Shown here one piece after another: positions 62,081 to 64,000 of a stretch of DNA of 64,000 nt. Where the stretch lies: contig NW_027590123.1 in assembly GCF_964213995.1 (NCBI RefSeq), forward strand, positions 682,001 through 746,000, written 5' to 3'. The first letter of the stretch is position 1; every line of letters starts with the position of its first letter. The translations under genes were made by a program, and so were the position numbers. Below the pieces are notes generated by a model. The model did no database searches and was not told the DNA's origin. It saw only the letters and a list, made by a program, of their open reading frames with translations. This DNA comes from Mustelus asterias (Eukaryota).

Positions 62081-63894
62081 ACTGACACACTTGGAATAAA
62101 GGACATGCTTCGATTTTTGAAGTAGTAAATCACAAATATGCGAATGTAGAACAGCATATTTTAGGACCAGCTATCGTCCCATCCATCCGTCCACTCTCTG
62201 ATTTCTGAAGCAAAACATTCAGGCATCCAACTATCGTTCATCCCTGCATCAACGCAAGTATTCCTTTATTGCTGGGTAGATGGTGGCGTAATATTAATGC
62301 CAGTGTACCAGTAATCCAGAAGCCCAGGCCAATGATGTGGAGACACGAGATTAAATCCGACCCTGGCAGCTGGTGGAATTTGAATTCAATCAATAAATCT
62401 GGAATACATACTGACAGCGACCAGGTAAACCTCTCTGATTCCCCAATGAAGGAAATCTGCCATCCCTACCTGGTCTCATCAGGATGTGACTGCAGACGGA
62501 CAGCAATATAACTAACTGGGCAATGCCTTCTGAGATGCCCTAGCATACCACTCAGTTCAAGAGAAATTAGGGAAAGGGAATAAATGTTGGCCTTTCCAGA
62601 GATTCTGACGTCCCATGGAAGAATGAAGTGAAATAAAACACAAGCATACATGTTTATCTAGTATAAAATATATCACCTCTCTGAATCAACTCTCATAATC
62701 TGCCGGTATTTTTTCTACATCTATCCATCAATGTTTTGTTGTGTTGGAGAGATTCATCATTGTTGCTAACAAGGTGCCGGAGAAGCTGAATACTTTCTTT
62801 TCCGAAGAAATGGGAAACATTCATAGATGTTTGCAACTTAAAAATAATTAAATTGCCTCCAGTACTGTTGCTGGGTAGATTTGTTTATAAATAGGCCTCA
62901 TTGACAATGCTGAGAGTTTGAAGTTGGCTTGCAGCCAAGTGTTCAGTACTGAGGAAACAGGTTTTTGATTTACCGAACAAACACCCTCAGATGCTTCCTG
63001 TAAATATTTTTGGGTATTTGGCAGCAGCCTGGACAGTTGCCAAATGCTGCGTCGGACAGATTAACGTGAATCTGTAAGGATAACATGGGACTTCGTCAGT
63101 TATACAATAAATGTTTTATTCCCAAAAGGAAGGCACATTTTAAATGTTTTTTCTTCGAAGCAAATATTTTATATGAATGCACTGTCCATTATGTGATTAA
63201 AAAGTATCGGAAACTAGTCAATTGACTTGATGCTATTTCATTTGTATAGCTTCCAAAGAAATGTCCTTCCAACAATTAAAGCCTCTTTATGACCAACGTA
63301 TGTTGATGTCCCCAATCCCTCCGTCTCATGAGATCAGTGTAAAGGCACAAAAATGAAAATAATTAAAACTAAAAGAAAATCATATATCTGCCTTGAACAG
63401 CGGGGACTTGGGCATATTCTCAATGTTCTGCACCTCATTAAAAACTTATATCTGATGTATAACGTGTTCTGTTGTACAGCATAATCTGATTTCAATTATT
63501 TAACAGTCCCTCTCATAACTGCCAATGAGTGAAGAAATGATCAGTTCATAACCTGGTTCAGTGAAAGATGAAGTATTTATTCTTGTGATATTGTGCATTA
63601 TGCCGCAAAGTCCTGATATCCTGTGTTCCCAATACCAGCTGCTCGCCAATACAATGATCTGTCATGATTTGGATGCTGAAGGAGAACTTTCCTGATTGCC
63701 GTGTTCCGTTCTAATTCATTAGCTTCTTTGTCAAAAGTCAATGTCAATTTTATGTTTCTCTGTCAACTCAATGCTTAATTATAAGTCAAGAAGTTTTCTT
63801 TCACCGTTAATTTTCACAGGGTTAAGGAGCTGTTGGGGAAATATAAGGTGTAACATTGTATCAGATAAGGAGTTTATTTTGTTAATTTATTAGT

Positions 63895-64000
63895 GGGCGG
63901 CACGGTAGCACAGTGGTTACCATTGCTACTTTACAGCATCAAGGACTGATGGTTCAATTCCCGGAATGGGTCTCTGTCTGTGTGTAGTCTGCACATTCTC
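63895..64000 (+). mobile_element. V-SINE 5' part, truncated by the window end
   Basis: GGGCGGCACGGTAGCACAGTGGTTA...GGTTCAATTCC. Confidence 0.85.

Overview
Eukaryotic, repeat-rich vertebrate DNA, most likely from a shark. The basis is HE1/V-SINE-type SINEs, many CR1 LINE fragments and an exon of the shark-expanded GPR139-like family. The non-repetitive content looks like an accessory immune region. (1) Three T-cell receptor alpha/delta-type V gene segments lie on the minus strand, each with a leader exon, a V exon and a 23-bp-spacer RSS. All three are pseudogenes, and two are split by CR1 insertions. (2) They are interleaved with tRNA genes: one perfect Arg-ACG, a decayed tandem tRNA-Val array, and an unusual intron-containing tRNA-Pro(AGG) with two decayed intron-bearing relatives. 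(3) There is a first exon of a GPR139-like GPCR. (4) There are several low-confidence fossil Ig-superfamily exons (V/VJ, C, TM, ITIM-like tail) without RSS. A young 5'-truncated CR1 with an uninterrupted 773-aa ORF lies at 39.4-41.8 kb. Most ORFs in the track are LINE/SINE or low-complexity artefacts. All assignments were made by eye, no searches were run, and repeat boundaries are approximate.
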